Of a DNA stretch of 64,000 nt, positions 9,592 through 20,072 are shown one piece after another (within the stretch, counting starts at the first letter, position 1; every line of letters starts with the position of its first letter). The translations under genes and the position numbers were made by a program. Source of the DNA: Myxococcota bacterium (GTDB lineage Bacteria; Myxococcota_A; SURF-8); NCBI GenBank assembly GCA_963674735.2, contig CAXXQS010000002.1:96001-160000 (forward strand). Reading direction: 5' to 3'. Below the pieces are notes generated by a model. It ran no database searches and had not been told where the DNA came from. It saw only the letters and a program-made list of their open reading frames with translations.

Positions 9592-11235
9592 TTAGAGAAA
9601 CCGCCGTTGCACGCGTTTCAGCATGCGACCGGCCTGCAGCCGTTCATCTTTGGGGGCGGAAAATCCGAAATAGAGAAGCATATAAATCACGCCCCCGACG
9701 ACGCCGGCCAGAACCGAGGCCACCAGCCACATGCGTCCGGCGGCCCACTGCCGGGTTATCAAGCCATTGAGTCCGAAACCAACCGCCATGCTGACCACAA
9801 ACGGAATCAGGTGGGGCCAGTAAGCCAGGCGCACCCAGCGATCCAGGCGCACGTCCAGCTTGATGCACAAGCGCAACAAGAACAGGGGAAGCATGAGAAA
9901 CAGATTGACGGACAATCCGGCGGCCGCGACTCCGGCCGGTCCCCACAACTCGCCGCATGAAAAGGCCAGCGGCAAATAGACGGCCATCAGGCCCATGGAG
10001 GTCAAGTTGCTCCAACGATGGTCGCCCGAAAGCGCCAGGGTATTCGCAGTGGTCATGGTCGGCGCGTTGAGAAAGGTTCCCAAAGCCAGAATCAACAGCG
10101 GCAGCTCGGCCATGGGGGCCATTTCGCCCCCCACCCATCCGACCAAAAAGGTGCCGCCCAGCGGAATCGCCATCGCGGCCAGAGGTCCGCTCAGCAGCAT
10201 GGCGCGTCGACCGAGTGTGAGGGTCAACCAGCCCGCCTCCAAACGTTGTTCGTCCGATCCGGCCGCCAACTTGGCCACCTTGGGCCCCCCGGCAAAGGTC
10301 ACCTGCGCCGCCAGTTCGGCGCTGATGGCGGTCAGGCGGGCCGCCAATCCGAAACCGCCGGTGGCGATCAATCCGGAGGTGACCTGCACGATCAAGACGC
10401 TGGCCCGCTGTAAAATCACCGTAACTACCTGCCCGAGCCAGGCGAACATGGCGAATTCCAACAGGTTGGGAATCAGGCTGCGGTCGAAATATTTCAGACG
10501 ATAGGACGAGAGCGGGATAACGGCCCGCGCCATGATCAGATAAAGGGCGTGTTCGACCAACATCGTCGCCAGATAGGCCAGCGCCAAGCCTTCCAGTCCC
10601 CAACCCGCCAGAAGCGTCGCCAAACCGGTTCCAAAGTACAAAAGATTGGAAAAGCCCTGGGTGAAATGCGCCCTGGCCATGTAACGTTGCGAAATCAGAA
10701 CCGAACTGAAATTGCGCAACGGAACCGACAGGGCCAGCCGCCATACGAAAATCCCCACCACCAGCCCGGCCTCCGCGCGGATGCGCTCGGGGACGTCCAA
10801 AAGCACCCCGATGGGGCCGGAAAGCGGCAATCCCACGATCAACACCAACAAGCCGACAGCCACCGTCACCCAGAAAGAGGTGCAGGCCATTCGACGCATC
10901 ATGTCGGGATCACTACGAAAATCGATGGAAGAAAGGTGGCGGTTGGTGCTTTGCACGAGCCCGAGTTCGAAAAAACTCAAAATGCCCATAACGGCCATCG
11001 CCAGCGTCCAGACTCCGTAACGCTCTTCCCCGACATAGCCGATAATGATGGGAACCAGCACCATCATGGCCGCCAGTTGCGAACCCATCCGGAAAATCCC
11101 GGTGACCGCGTGCAGCGTCAGCCAATGATCCGAAACGGATTTCGGCGACTCGTTTTCGGGTGTCGGCTCGGCGGCCGGATCCGGCTGTTCGGTCGGTTGA
11201 GCGGGGGGCGGTGTATCGTTATTTGAATGAGTCAT
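9592..11235 (-). CDS. Polysaccharide flippase (Wzx/MATE-like)
   Basis: Many hydrophobic segments; VPIIIGYVGEERYGVWTL...FELGL N-terminal signature; glycan locus context. Confidence 0.85.
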   Translation of the reverse strand: MTHSNNDTPPPAQPTEQPDPAAEPTPENESPKSVSDHWLTLHAVTGIFRMGSQLAAMMVLVPIIIGYVGEERYGVWTLAMAVMGILSFFELGLVQSTNRHLSSIDFRSDPDMMRRMACTSFWVTVAVGLLVLIVGLPLSGPIGVLLDVPERIRAEAGLVVGIFVWRLALSVPLRNFSSVLISQRYMARAHFTQGFSNLLYFGTGLATLLAGWGLEGLALAYLATMLVEHALYLIMARAVIPLSSYRLKYFDRSLIPNLLEFAMFAWLGQVVTVILQRASVLIVQVTSGLIATGGFGLAARLTAISAELAAQVTFAGGPKVAKLAAGSDEQRLEAGWLTLTLGRRAMLLSGPLAAMAIPLGGTFLVGWVGGEMAPMAELPLLILALGTFLNAPTMTTANTLALSGDHRWSNLTSMGLMAVYLPLAFSCGELWGPAGVAAAGLSVNLFLMLPLFLLRLCIKLDVRLDRWVRLAYWPHLIPFVVSMAVGFGLNGLITRQWAAGRMWLVASVLAGVVGGVIYMLLYFGFSAPKDERLQAGRMLKRVQRRFL

Positions 11236-11351
11236 CTTTTTCCCGGCATTGCTCGAAACTCATGATGCATTTTCGGAACCTGCGAATGTCTGAGCCTCTG
11301 AAGCGCCCCTCCTATTCCTGCAATTCCATGGCGCGTCTTTGGCGGTTGCAC

Positions 11352-13388
11352 TCAGTCGGACGAAGCACCCAAGGACTCCAGAATCCGTTTTAAGGAGCCG
11401 GACAGCCAATGTTCGCGGCAGGTCAACCGACGAAGAAAGCCCATCTTCCAGTAGCTCTGCAAATAGACCCGTCGCAAGCGCTTGACATTCAGACTTTCAC
11501 GCCAAGCGGGCGGACGGGCAAAATACCCGGATTCTTCAACATGATCAAATGAATCGACATGCTGCAGGTCGCCGATCTTGACCGCATCGAGACAACTGGG
11601 CTGCGCCACCACTTGACGCACGGCCGCGAAAGCCAATTCCGGCGATAGAGCCAACCAGGGATAATCCCGCCGGACTTCCAGGAAATCCGTCATGAAATCC
11701 AACGCACCGGTCTGCACGTCTTCGGCCAGTCGATTCTGTTGCGGAATGAAATTCGGTTCGAAGTCGGGCTGAACCTCGCCCTCCACATCGCGGTATCCCC
11801 GCACGCTTCCATGAGGAGCCGTATGCAGAAATTCGTAAAACGGCACGCATTGCAAAATGGCCTGATGGTGGGTGGGAGGTTCGCTGAACTGACAAAGAAA
11901 GCCCTTCATCCGATCGCTTCGCTGACCCAGCCGAAGCGCTTCGGCAAAGGTCGCCAGGTAGTAACCGGAGATGAGGGTGGGCCAGTTCAAACGGGCGAGC
12001 AAGCGATCCAAGGTATATTGCATACTCCCCTGCCAGCCGATATCCACCAGGGCCACTTTTCCACCCACCTCGAATTCCAGTTCCTTAAGATAGGTCAGCA
12101 GCCGTATTCGCTGTTTTTCCACCGCTTCCAGAATCGGTTCTTTGAGCAGGTGCACGAGGTGCCGCAAGGCCGCTTCGGAGCGCAAAGGCCGCAGCAGTTC
12201 CGTCGGACCCGCGAACCCGGCCTTGCGAATCTCGTCCCCGTAACGCCCGGCATCGAGACCCAACCGCCCCAACAGATGCCGCACCTGGATGGCGTGCGAT
12301 TGCCGCAGGAAGAAGTCGAGTTCGCCGTTGTCGAAATTTTCGAGCGCGGCAAAACGCAAGGCCCGGCGTGACGCGTAGAGATAGGCGGACGGCGGCAGCT
12401 CGCGGTGACTCTCCCGCAGGCGCTGGTAAGCCTTTTCCATGATATAGCCATCGCGGGAGAGAAAATAGACCTTGCGAATCCCGTCTTTTTTCACGGCGTC
12501 GGCCAGCCACAAGGCGAATCCGGTATAGAGCGGACCGACATTTGCGTACCCGAGACGATACCAGTAATCCTCCTCGACTCGCCGCTTGTTCATCGGGCGC
12601 GCCGCCAGAAGCGAGTTGGTTACCAAGCCTTTCACCACCCCGCTTTCGGCCGTCCCGGCGTCCCATTCACCCACGTCCGGCAGGTACGTTTCCGCGAGCA
12701 AAGCCGGACGTTTGTAGTGGTAGGTCCGCAAGCCCCGGCGACGCGCCATCTTGATATCCGACAGCCAATCATCGCCGATGTGCAAAACCCGTTTGGGCGC
12801 TGCATCGATCTGCTGGCACACATGTTTGAAGAGATCGCCTTCACGTTTACGCAAGCCGACTTCGTTCGAAACGAACAGGTGCCGATAACGGGTGTACCCG
12901 CTCCGGTCCAGCATCTGGGCCAGAACGTCTTCCGGCAGATACATATCGGAAATAAAGAGAACGATTTTTCCGCGCGCCAGTGCCAGACGATACGCTTCGT
13001 GAATGAAAGGATTGCGGGTGGCGAGGTTGAGCTCGACCCCGATTTCGATTTCCATCAGTTGCCGGGCCACCGACGGACCGATTTCCGGCCGATTTTCCAG
13101 CTCTTTGTAGATATCGGTCAATGACAGGAAAGCCAATCTCCCGCTTTGTTCCAAACGATGGCGCGCGTCCCGCTCTGCCTCCGAACGCAGATCGACGAAG
13201 TCGAAATCCGGGCGTCCCAGCCGCAAACGGGCCTCGATTTCCACGATCGCGAAAACATCGTGCGGCGAACCGACCTTGCGCAGAATGGCCGTATCGAAAA
13301 TGTCGAAAGACACCCAGCGGGCCGCTTCAATGGCGCGAGTCAAGATGGGGTCATGTAGGGCCGATTCCATCAAGTTCCTTCCAAACAA
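11352..13388 (-). CDS. HAD-superfamily hydrolase, polysaccharide-locus type
   Basis: SFDIFDT, ISDMYL, HIGDDWLSD, FLSRDG, VDIGWQGS motifs. Confidence 0.88.
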   Translation of the reverse strand: MFGRNLMESALHDPILTRAIEAARWVSFDIFDTAILRKVGSPHDVFAIVEIEARLRLGRPDFDFVDLRSEAERDARHRLEQSGRLAFLSLTDIYKELENRPEIGPSVARQLMEIEIGVELNLATRNPFIHEAYRLALARGKIVLFISDMYLPEDVLAQMLDRSGYTRYRHLFVSNEVGLRKREGDLFKHVCQQIDAAPKRVLHIGDDWLSDIKMARRRGLRTYHYKRPALLAETYLPDVGEWDAGTAESGVVKGLVTNSLLAARPMNKRRVEEDYWYRLGYANVGPLYTGFALWLADAVKKDGIRKVYFLSRDGYIMEKAYQRLRESHRELPPSAYLYASRRALRFAALENFDNGELDFFLRQSHAIQVRHLLGRLGLDAGRYGDEIRKAGFAGPTELLRPLRSEAALRHLVHLLKEPILEAVEKQRIRLLTYLKELEFEVGGKVALVDIGWQGSMQYTLDRLLARLNWPTLISGYYLATFAEALRLGQRSDRMKGFLCQFSEPPTHHQAILQCVPFYEFLHTAPHGSVRGYRDVEGEVQPDFEPNFIPQQNRLAEDVQTGALDFMTDFLEVRRDYPWLALSPELAFAAVRQVVAQPSCLDAVKIGDLQHVDSFDHVEESGYFARPPAWRESLNVKRLRRVYLQSYWKMGFLRRLTCREHWLSGSLKRILESLGASSD

Positions 13389-13394
13389 ACGAGC

Positions 13395-14636
13395 TTAATT
13401 CACCTTTTCCATCACGTAACGCCCAACCACCAGCGCCTGCAGCACAACCCAGAGCCAATAGAGGCGTTTGTTTTGAATGCGATCGGCCAAAGCCAGCCAC
13501 AAAACCGGCACCACCGCCAGATAATAGCGTTCCCATACATGCGGAACAAACAGCAGAATGCCCACATGCGCCAGCGCGATCAGCACATAGCGCTGACGGA
13601 TATGGCTGACGAAGAACCAGGCGATGCCGAAACCCGCCCACCAGGCGACGGTTTGCACGATGTGCAAACCCAGCACCGGAATCCCGATCTGTTTCAGCAT
13701 CAACAGGGCTTTGGGAATCACGCCGGTTACCGTATTACCGGCCAGCCCCACCGCCGCCGGATCCGCCATGTAAAGCGGTCCGGCCAGCATGTGCAGGGCC
13801 AGAAACGCGCCCAGCAACAACCACCATTTGGGCAGGTTGGTCAGGTTGTCGAGAAAGACCGGTAGAAACCACAAACCCAGGAAAATGAAAGCGAAATCCA
13901 CCTGCATCAGGTTGAGGCCGCGACTGGCGTTCCCGGCATAACCCGGCGGCGTCGTTCCGCCCCAAACCCAAATTAAAACCGCCAGCGCCGCCAACGGCAG
14001 TACGACGGCCACCCCACGCAGCCAGACACGTTTATGCGACCGGCGCGATCCGAACCGCTCCAAGAGAAAAGAAGCGGCAATCCCGACGGCGTAAGACAGG
14101 TAAAACTGGCGGCTCCAGATGGCCAGCGCCGCCGCAGCTGCATAAACCCCGAGCCACAGCGCCGAGGCACGTTCATCGCGAGAACGATCATAGGCAACCA
14201 GCGCCAGAAGTCCAAAAAAGAATGCGGGAACAAGGGTATAGAGAGAAAAAGCGCGCGCGATGAAATAGGGTTGCAGCACCATGAGCAAGAACAACAACGT
14301 GCGCCGATCCGGGGTTTCGCGCCGTGCAAGCAGCGCCAGCAACAGCACGCAAGCCGAGGCCAACAGAAGAGTCAGGAGTCGAAAGGCTACCAGGGAATCC
14401 CCGACCCACTTGCCCCAGCCCGCCCATAACCAATAGGGCACCGGTCCCGACGCCGACTCATAGCCGCTTAACGGCATACTCGGCCAATCTTTCATAAACA
14501 ACCGGATACTCGGCAAGTGATGGTGGATTTCGTCGTAATCGACCGGCTGATCCAGCCCGGTCCACCACGCCATGGCCGCCAGCAAGGCTATCAGCAAAAC
14601 CGCGGCCGCGATATGTACAAAACGTCCCCGCATCAT
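13395..14636 (-). CDS. Membrane GT-C fold glycosyltransferase
   Basis: N-terminal TM followed by YDE motif; RLLTLL, WSRQ, ERYY; polytopic. Confidence 0.65.
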   Translation of the reverse strand: MMRGRFVHIAAAVLLIALLAAMAWWTGLDQPVDYDEIHHHLPSIRLFMKDWPSMPLSGYESASGPVPYWLWAGWGKWVGDSLVAFRLLTLLLASACVLLLALLARRETPDRRTLLFLLMVLQPYFIARAFSLYTLVPAFFFGLLALVAYDRSRDERASALWLGVYAAAAALAIWSRQFYLSYAVGIAASFLLERFGSRRSHKRVWLRGVAVVLPLAALAVLIWVWGGTTPPGYAGNASRGLNLMQVDFAFIFLGLWFLPVFLDNLTNLPKWWLLLGAFLALHMLAGPLYMADPAAVGLAGNTVTGVIPKALLMLKQIGIPVLGLHIVQTVAWWAGFGIAWFFVSHIRQRYVLIALAHVGILLFVPHVWERYYLAVVPVLWLALADRIQNKRLYWLWVVLQALVVGRYVMEKVN

Positions 14637-14901
14637 TCTTCACCGAAACTCCTGAAAACACGTGAGAATATAGTATTTTAGCGCATATAGCGTCCGTCGT
14701 CAACTTCCAGTCAAACCTTGCGTTTGGCCGATTAGAAGGTTTTCGCAGGCTTTCTGTTCCACCATTTACTCCCTTTTCGTCGAAAAGCCCGACATAAAAT
14801 CGGAATCTGCGCTATCCTATATCGCAACAACCAATCAGGGTAATGGGACATGACGTTGAGCCAGCAGGGCAATCAACCGGCATAACGACAGGGTAAACGC
14901 G

Positions 14902-17496
14902 ATGAAACGACCTCAAGATAGTCTCTGGGTATTCCAATCGGGCTTCTCTTTTCTCGTCCTTGTTCTCGCCCTCATCGGACTCCCTCAACCCCTCGCCGCT
15001 CAGAACGACTTACCGCAGCTGGCGCCGTTGGGAGGGCCGCAAGCCCTGTCGGCGAAGGTCGAAAGTACCACTTCCAGCAGCGTGAAACTATCCTGGGACG
15101 CGATCGCCGACGCACGCGAAATCCGGGTTTCGTTCGGGCCCGAACCTTCCGATATGCCCAACACGGCCCTGCCGCTGGCGAGCAAACCGCAGAAGCTTGG
15201 CGGCCGCACCACCCAGATGACGTTGACCGGACTGGCGGCGGCCGTCGATGTGTTCATTCGCATCGAAGCCGACACCCCCAAGGGCGTCAAGTCGGCCAAC
15301 CTGCATGCGCGCACCCTGGGCGGACCCCGCGCGAAATTGGACAACGCCCTGCGCGAAGCGCACCTGATGGGGCCCTCCATTTTGATGCTGACCCTGGCCA
15401 ACGGAAAAGGCGAAAGCTGGCAAAAGGCAAACTGGTCGCTCACCCGTCTGGACGGCCGCCCCCTGCCGATTCGCCAAATCCATCGCCGCTCGATCCCGGT
15501 CGGCGCGCCCGGCTACCAGATCGGTCCCAATAAACCCACCGATGACGCACGCATGGATGTGGACCACCAGCTTTTTTTCATGCTGAGCGAGCCGGTGGGT
15601 GAAAAGGACATCCTGACGATCAAAGGTCCGCAAGGCTTACGGATTACCCTGCCCTTCTCCGACCGCTACCTGGAAACACCGGTTATCCAGGTCAACCAGG
15701 TGGGCTACAATCCGCGCGCCAAACAACGTTATGCCTATGTTTACGGGTATCTGGGCGATGGCGGGAAACTGTCGCTGAACGACTTCCCGGCGGTGGCCGA
15801 GGTGCTGGCGGAAGGAGCCAACCCCTTGTTTCCGCGCCAAGCCACACTGTCGGGCGCGCCCATCCGCCACCGCGCCACCAACGACTGGGACGCCGGAGGC
15901 GACGTCCGCGAGATCGACCTGCACAACGTCCCGGCCGCCGAGACCGTCCGCTATCGGATCCGCATTCCGGGTATCGGCGTTTCCTGGCCTACGGCTGTCA
16001 GTGAGTTGGCCGTCTTCAAAGCCTTCTACATCGCCGCACGCGGACTCTTTCACAATCGCTGGGGCGCGGAACTGACCCCCGAGGCCACCTTCTGGGCGCG
16101 TCCGGCCGCGCATACCGAGGCCTACACCGGCACGCAGACCGACTTTAACCGCATGCACCCGCCCAACACACCGAAAACCGGCAAACGACCGTTGACCGGC
16201 GGCTACCACGACGCCGGGGATTACGATCAGCGGCCGATGCACACGGTCATTCCCATGCTGCTGATGAGCGCCTACGAGCTGAATCCCTTCAAATTCACCG
16301 ACGGCCAGCTGACGCTCCCCGAAAGCGGCAACGGCATTCCCGATCTGCTGGACGAAGCCCTGTGGGGCGTCAAAGGCTGGGAGGCCCTGCAAGAACCCGA
16401 TGGCGGCGTGCGCATCGGCGTGGAATCCTACAAACACCCCTACGGAATCTATCTGGCCAACGAAGACCCGCTGCCTTACTGGACCTACGGCGTCCATCCC
16501 AACATCACCGCACGGGCGGCGGGACTCTTCGCCCAGGCGGCGCGTCTCCTGCGCAAATTCGATCCCCAACGAACGAAAGAGCTGACCGAGAAAGCGGTGA
16601 AGGCCTTCAATTACGCCCGACGCAATCAAGCGGCCCCGGCGGATATGCTGTACGCCACCGGCGAATTGCTGTTGCTTACCGGCCAGACGCCCTACCGCAG
16701 CGAATTCGATAAAGCCTGGACGACCATGGGGCCCTACGGCGCTTTCAACAAGCTGGCCCTGTTTCATCAACCGACCCCCAATGCCGTGGCGCACGCCATG
16801 GAAAACCGCAACGAGGCCTTCGCCCACGCGGATTACTTGACCGCCTACCTGGCTAGTCCCGCAGCCAGCCCCCACATCCGGGAGATCGTCCAACGCTGGA
16901 TGCCGCAGTTCATCAAGGGGATGATCGAGACGATTGCCAAGTCCCACGCCCACCGCAACGGACGGCGCTTCAAAGATCCCGTCACCTGGGGAAAAGGCGC
17001 CACCATGGGGCGTTACTCCGATACGGCCATCTTCGCCATGCGTTCCATCGGGATCGATTCGAAAACGAAACAGGATCTGTTCGACGCCATGAGCCTGAAC
17101 GCCGATTACATTCTCGGCTGCAATCCTCTGGGCATGGTGTTTTACACCGGACTCGGCAGTCGTCATCCCGAAGAACCGCTGCACCTCGATTCGTTGGCCT
17201 GGATCAAAAAAGGGAAAGGAGCGGTTCCGGGCATTCCCGTCTTCGGCCCGGTCGACGGTCCCCCGCGCGCACCCTGGTCCAAAGCGGCGGTGGATACGTT
17301 TTATCCGCCGATGCAGGAGCAACCGCTGGCGCTGCGCTACGGCGATGTGCGCACGCTGGTGCCCTGCAACGAATCGACGGTCTGGGGCGACTACGCGCCC
17401 AATATCAAGCTGTTTGCGGCGTTGATCAACTACAATATGAAGCCGCCCGATTCGTGGAAACCCGGTGGAGCCGATCAGGCCAACCCTCTCCCCTGA
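14902..17496 (+). CDS. Secreted glycoside hydrolase family 9 with N-terminal Ig-like domains
   Basis: Signal peptide; IQVNQVGY; GGYHDAGDYD; PESGNGIPDLLDE; YILGCNP...TGLG; NEST (catalytic Glu region). Confidence 0.88.
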   Translation: MKRPQDSLWVFQSGFSFLVLVLALIGLPQPLAAQNDLPQLAPLGGPQALSAKVESTTSSSVKLSWDAIADAREIRVSFGPEPSDMPNTALPLASKPQKLGGRTTQMTLTGLAAAVDVFIRIEADTPKGVKSANLHARTLGGPRAKLDNALREAHLMGPSILMLTLANGKGESWQKANWSLTRLDGRPLPIRQIHRRSIPVGAPGYQIGPNKPTDDARMDVDHQLFFMLSEPVGEKDILTIKGPQGLRITLPFSDRYLETPVIQVNQVGYNPRAKQRYAYVYGYLGDGGKLSLNDFPAVAEVLAEGANPLFPRQATLSGAPIRHRATNDWDAGGDVREIDLHNVPAAETVRYRIRIPGIGVSWPTAVSELAVFKAFYIAARGLFHNRWGAELTPEATFWARPAAHTEAYTGTQTDFNRMHPPNTPKTGKRPLTGGYHDAGDYDQRPMHTVIPMLLMSAYELNPFKFTDGQLTLPESGNGIPDLLDEALWGVKGWEALQEPDGGVRIGVESYKHPYGIYLANEDPLPYWTYGVHPNITARAAGLFAQAARLLRKFDPQRTKELTEKAVKAFNYARRNQAAPADMLYATGELLLLTGQTPYRSEFDKAWTTMGPYGAFNKLALFHQPTPNAVAHAMENRNEAFAHADYLTAYLASPAASPHIREIVQRWMPQFIKGMIETIAKSHAHRNGRRFKDPVTWGKGATMGRYSDTAIFAMRSIGIDSKTKQDLFDAMSLNADYILGCNPLGMVFYTGLGSRHPEEPLHLDSLAWIKKGKGAVPGIPVFGPVDGPPRAPWSKAAVDTFYPPMQEQPLALRYGDVRTLVPCNESTVWGDYAPNIKLFAALINYNMKPPDSWKPGGADQANPLP

Positions 17497-17617
17497 AACG
17501 GGCGACGCAAGCCGGTTGGCGCACGAGCGCAAGGTCTGCTAGGATAACGACGTTCGGAAGAAGGCGGCCGACACGCCGCTTTGATGGGAAAGTGAAAACA
17601 GGGAGCAGGTTGAGCGC

Positions 17618-18919
17618 ATGAAGATCGCGGCGTTTCTTATGGCCTTGACAATCGGTGTGCCACTGGGCGCCCTGTTTGTCCGCATGTCCCACCGTTGGGC
17701 GCGCGTGATCTTTTTCTTTATGGTACTGGTTCCGGCCCATTCCTTCAACATCAAATTCATGGCCATCGACACCTACCGCGGCGATGCACGCGGTTTCGAA
17801 GTGGATCTGGCGAACCTGCTGGCGCTGACTCTGATCGTCGGAATGGCGCTTGGCCGCCGCCGTTACGGCCGCCTGGTGTGGGTGCCCAAAGCGGCACGAC
17901 CCTTTTGGCTGTTCATCCTGATCGCCGTCATCTCCATCATCCAGTCGGAAATCCCCCTTTACGGAGTCTTCACCCTCTATCAAATCCTGTTGGGTTATCT
18001 GGCTTTCGTGGCGGCCTACAACTTCCTGCGATACCGCCCCGAAGAGATCCGGCTGGCGGTCACGGCACTGGCGGTCGCGGTGGTCGTACAGGCCTTGGAG
18101 GTGTTTTACGCCAAGTACCTGGGCGGCATCTATCGGGCGGTGGGAACCTTCTACCATCCCAACACCTTATCGCTCTACCTGGAACTGCTGGTGCCCATCC
18201 TGCTGGCGATGATCCTGCATCGCAAGACCAAGCTCAACGGGCTTTACTGGTTGGCGGTGGTGGGGGGATTGTTCGCCGTGATTTCCACCTTTTCGCGCGG
18301 CGGGCTGGCCGTTTTGGGCGGCGCGCTGGGACTGGTGCTGATGCTGTCGCTCTATCAGCGGGCCAGCGGACGCAAGGCCGCGCTTCTGGTGGTGCTGACG
18401 CTCGTGGGCTTGTTGGGCATGATCAAGGCCAGCGACACCATTATCCAGCGCTTCGAACTGGCTCCCGAATCCTCGGGGGAGGCGCGGAGCTATTTCAACG
18501 CCGCCGCGCAGGCCATCGCCAACAGCCATCCGGTGGGTTGCGGCCTCAACCACTATTCACACACGATCGGGAAACCCGAATACCAACCGTATTTCGAACG
18601 CGGCGCCGACCGATCGGGCGTGTGTCATCACATCTACTGGCTGACGGCGGCCGAAACCGGCTACGTGGGGCTGGCGGCGTTTCTCCTGTTTCTGGCCAGT
18701 TTCTATCGGGTGGCCTGGCGGCTGACCCGGGCGCGTCCCCCCAGCGATTTCAACGCCCTGGGCATGGGTATTCTGGCGGGTCTGACCGCTTTGCACCTGC
18801 ATGGTTTTTTGGAATGGATTCTGCGCCAAGGCCCTATCTGGTTGATCTTTTTCACCATCAGCGGCCTGCTGCTGGCGGCGGAGGAACACGAAAAGAAACG
18901 GAAGCAAGCGCTTCGTTAA
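17618..18919 (+). CDS. O-antigen ligase / Wzy-like polymerase
   Basis: GTFYHPN, TFSRGG, GCGLNHY, HHIYW..AAETGYVG motifs; polytopic. Confidence 0.85.
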   Translation: MKIAAFLMALTIGVPLGALFVRMSHRWARVIFFFMVLVPAHSFNIKFMAIDTYRGDARGFEVDLANLLALTLIVGMALGRRRYGRLVWVPKAARPFWLFILIAVISIIQSEIPLYGVFTLYQILLGYLAFVAAYNFLRYRPEEIRLAVTALAVAVVVQALEVFYAKYLGGIYRAVGTFYHPNTLSLYLELLVPILLAMILHRKTKLNGLYWLAVVGGLFAVISTFSRGGLAVLGGALGLVLMLSLYQRASGRKAALLVVLTLVGLLGMIKASDTIIQRFELAPESSGEARSYFNAAAQAIANSHPVGCGLNHYSHTIGKPEYQPYFERGADRSGVCHHIYWLTAAETGYVGLAAFLLFLASFYRVAWRLTRARPPSDFNALGMGILAGLTALHLHGFLEWILRQGPIWLIFFTISGLLLAAEEHEKKRKQALR

Positions 18920-18926
18920 TTCCCCC

Positions 18927-20072
18927 TCACTCAGGCAAGAAAAAGTCGGCGCGAAGGGCGGCGTGGTCCGAATCGCCCAGGTAGATCTGGCCATCCTTGA
19001 CGACCTGCGCACTTCCGGCGATATACGCACCGCCCGCCTGTTGTCCCCAGAAAAGATGATCGATCGCCTGCGGATCTCCGCGATACGAATACGTCGCGTC
19101 CCGATCCTGGGTGAGTTCGTCGGCCACCCGCTTGAGAGCATCACCGGTTTCGAGCGCAGCGAGAGGCGGCGAGCCGGGGGTGTCGTTGAGATCGCCTCCC
19201 ATCACCACCAACGCATGAGGATAACGCCCGGCCACCGCGCTGACGATGCGGTAGGCACCTTGCGCTTCGGCCAGCCGCTGGGCGGGATCGTCGCTGGCTT
19301 TGCTTTTGAAATGCGCCGGGAAAACGATCACGCGCGTGCCGTCGAAATCGAGGTGGACTTCGGGAAACTCACGCAGAAAAGTAGTCGATCCGCCGCCGGA
19401 CAACGGCAGGCTTTCATCCCCGTGATCGATGACCGAAACCAGCTCACCGCCGCTTAAAACGGCCACGTCGAGCGACGCATCGTAGCCGGTTTCGCCGAGC
19501 ACCACCACCGGGTAACGCGGTTCGAGCCAATTGGACAGATCCTCGGCGCAACCGCGCGTCTCGATCTCCTGCAGCAGCATGATATCCGCGTTGATTATCG
19601 ATAGAGCCCCGGAAATCGCCGTGAGTCGGTCGTTGTATGCGGCGGCGCTGACCAGCGGCTCCCATTCGTCCTCGCCGCAATGGCCGCTGTCGCAGGTGGT
19701 ATTGAAAAAGCGCTTCACGTTGTAGGTTCCGATACGGATGCGTTTTTGTTCGCCATCTTGATCGCCATCGGGAACATCACCGTCGGGATCGTCGCCGTCG
19801 GGATCGTCGCCATCGGGATTATCGCCATCGGGGCTGTCGCCGTCGGGATTATCGCCGTCGGGATTATCGCCATCGGGGCTGTCGCCGTCACCGGGTAACC
19901 ACCAATCGAAATCGGAGTCGCCATCGGGAACGCTCTCGTCCAGATCGCTCTCCTGATCGCCATCGTCCCGATCCCGATCGTCGTCCTCGACGGTCGCGCT
20001 TTGTTCACACCCGCTCGAAAAAACGGCAAACAGAAGAAGTAGAGACAAAATTCGAATGAGTCGCGCTTGCAT
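18927..20072 (-). CDS. Endonuclease/exonuclease/phosphatase lipoprotein with PDGDx repeat linker
   Basis: Start moved to ATG 20072 (GGAGGA RBS); lipobox-like FSSGC; GTYNV, LQEIE, HFKS, GGDLND, IDH, SDH. Confidence 0.85.
   Translation of the reverse strand: MQARLIRILSLLLLFAVFSSGCEQSATVEDDDRDRDDGDQESDLDESVPDGDSDFDWWLPGDGDSPDGDNPDGDNPDGDSPDGDNPDGDDPDGDDPDGDVPDGDQDGEQKRIRIGTYNVKRFFNTTCDSGHCGEDEWEPLVSAAAYNDRLTAISGALSIINADIMLLQEIETRGCAEDLSNWLEPRYPVVVLGETGYDASLDVAVLSGGELVSVIDHGDESLPLSGGGSTTFLREFPEVHLDFDGTRVIVFPAHFKSKASDDPAQRLAEAQGAYRIVSAVAGRYPHALVVMGGDLNDTPGSPPLAALETGDALKRVADELTQDRDATYSYRGDPQAIDHLFWGQQAGGAYIAGSAQVVKDGQIYLGDSDHAALRADFFLPE
19759..19890 (-). repeat. 15-bp coding tandem repeat, about 8 x PDGD[NSDVQ]
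   Basis: Repeated tcgccatcggg/tcgccgtcggg units. Confidence 0.9.
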
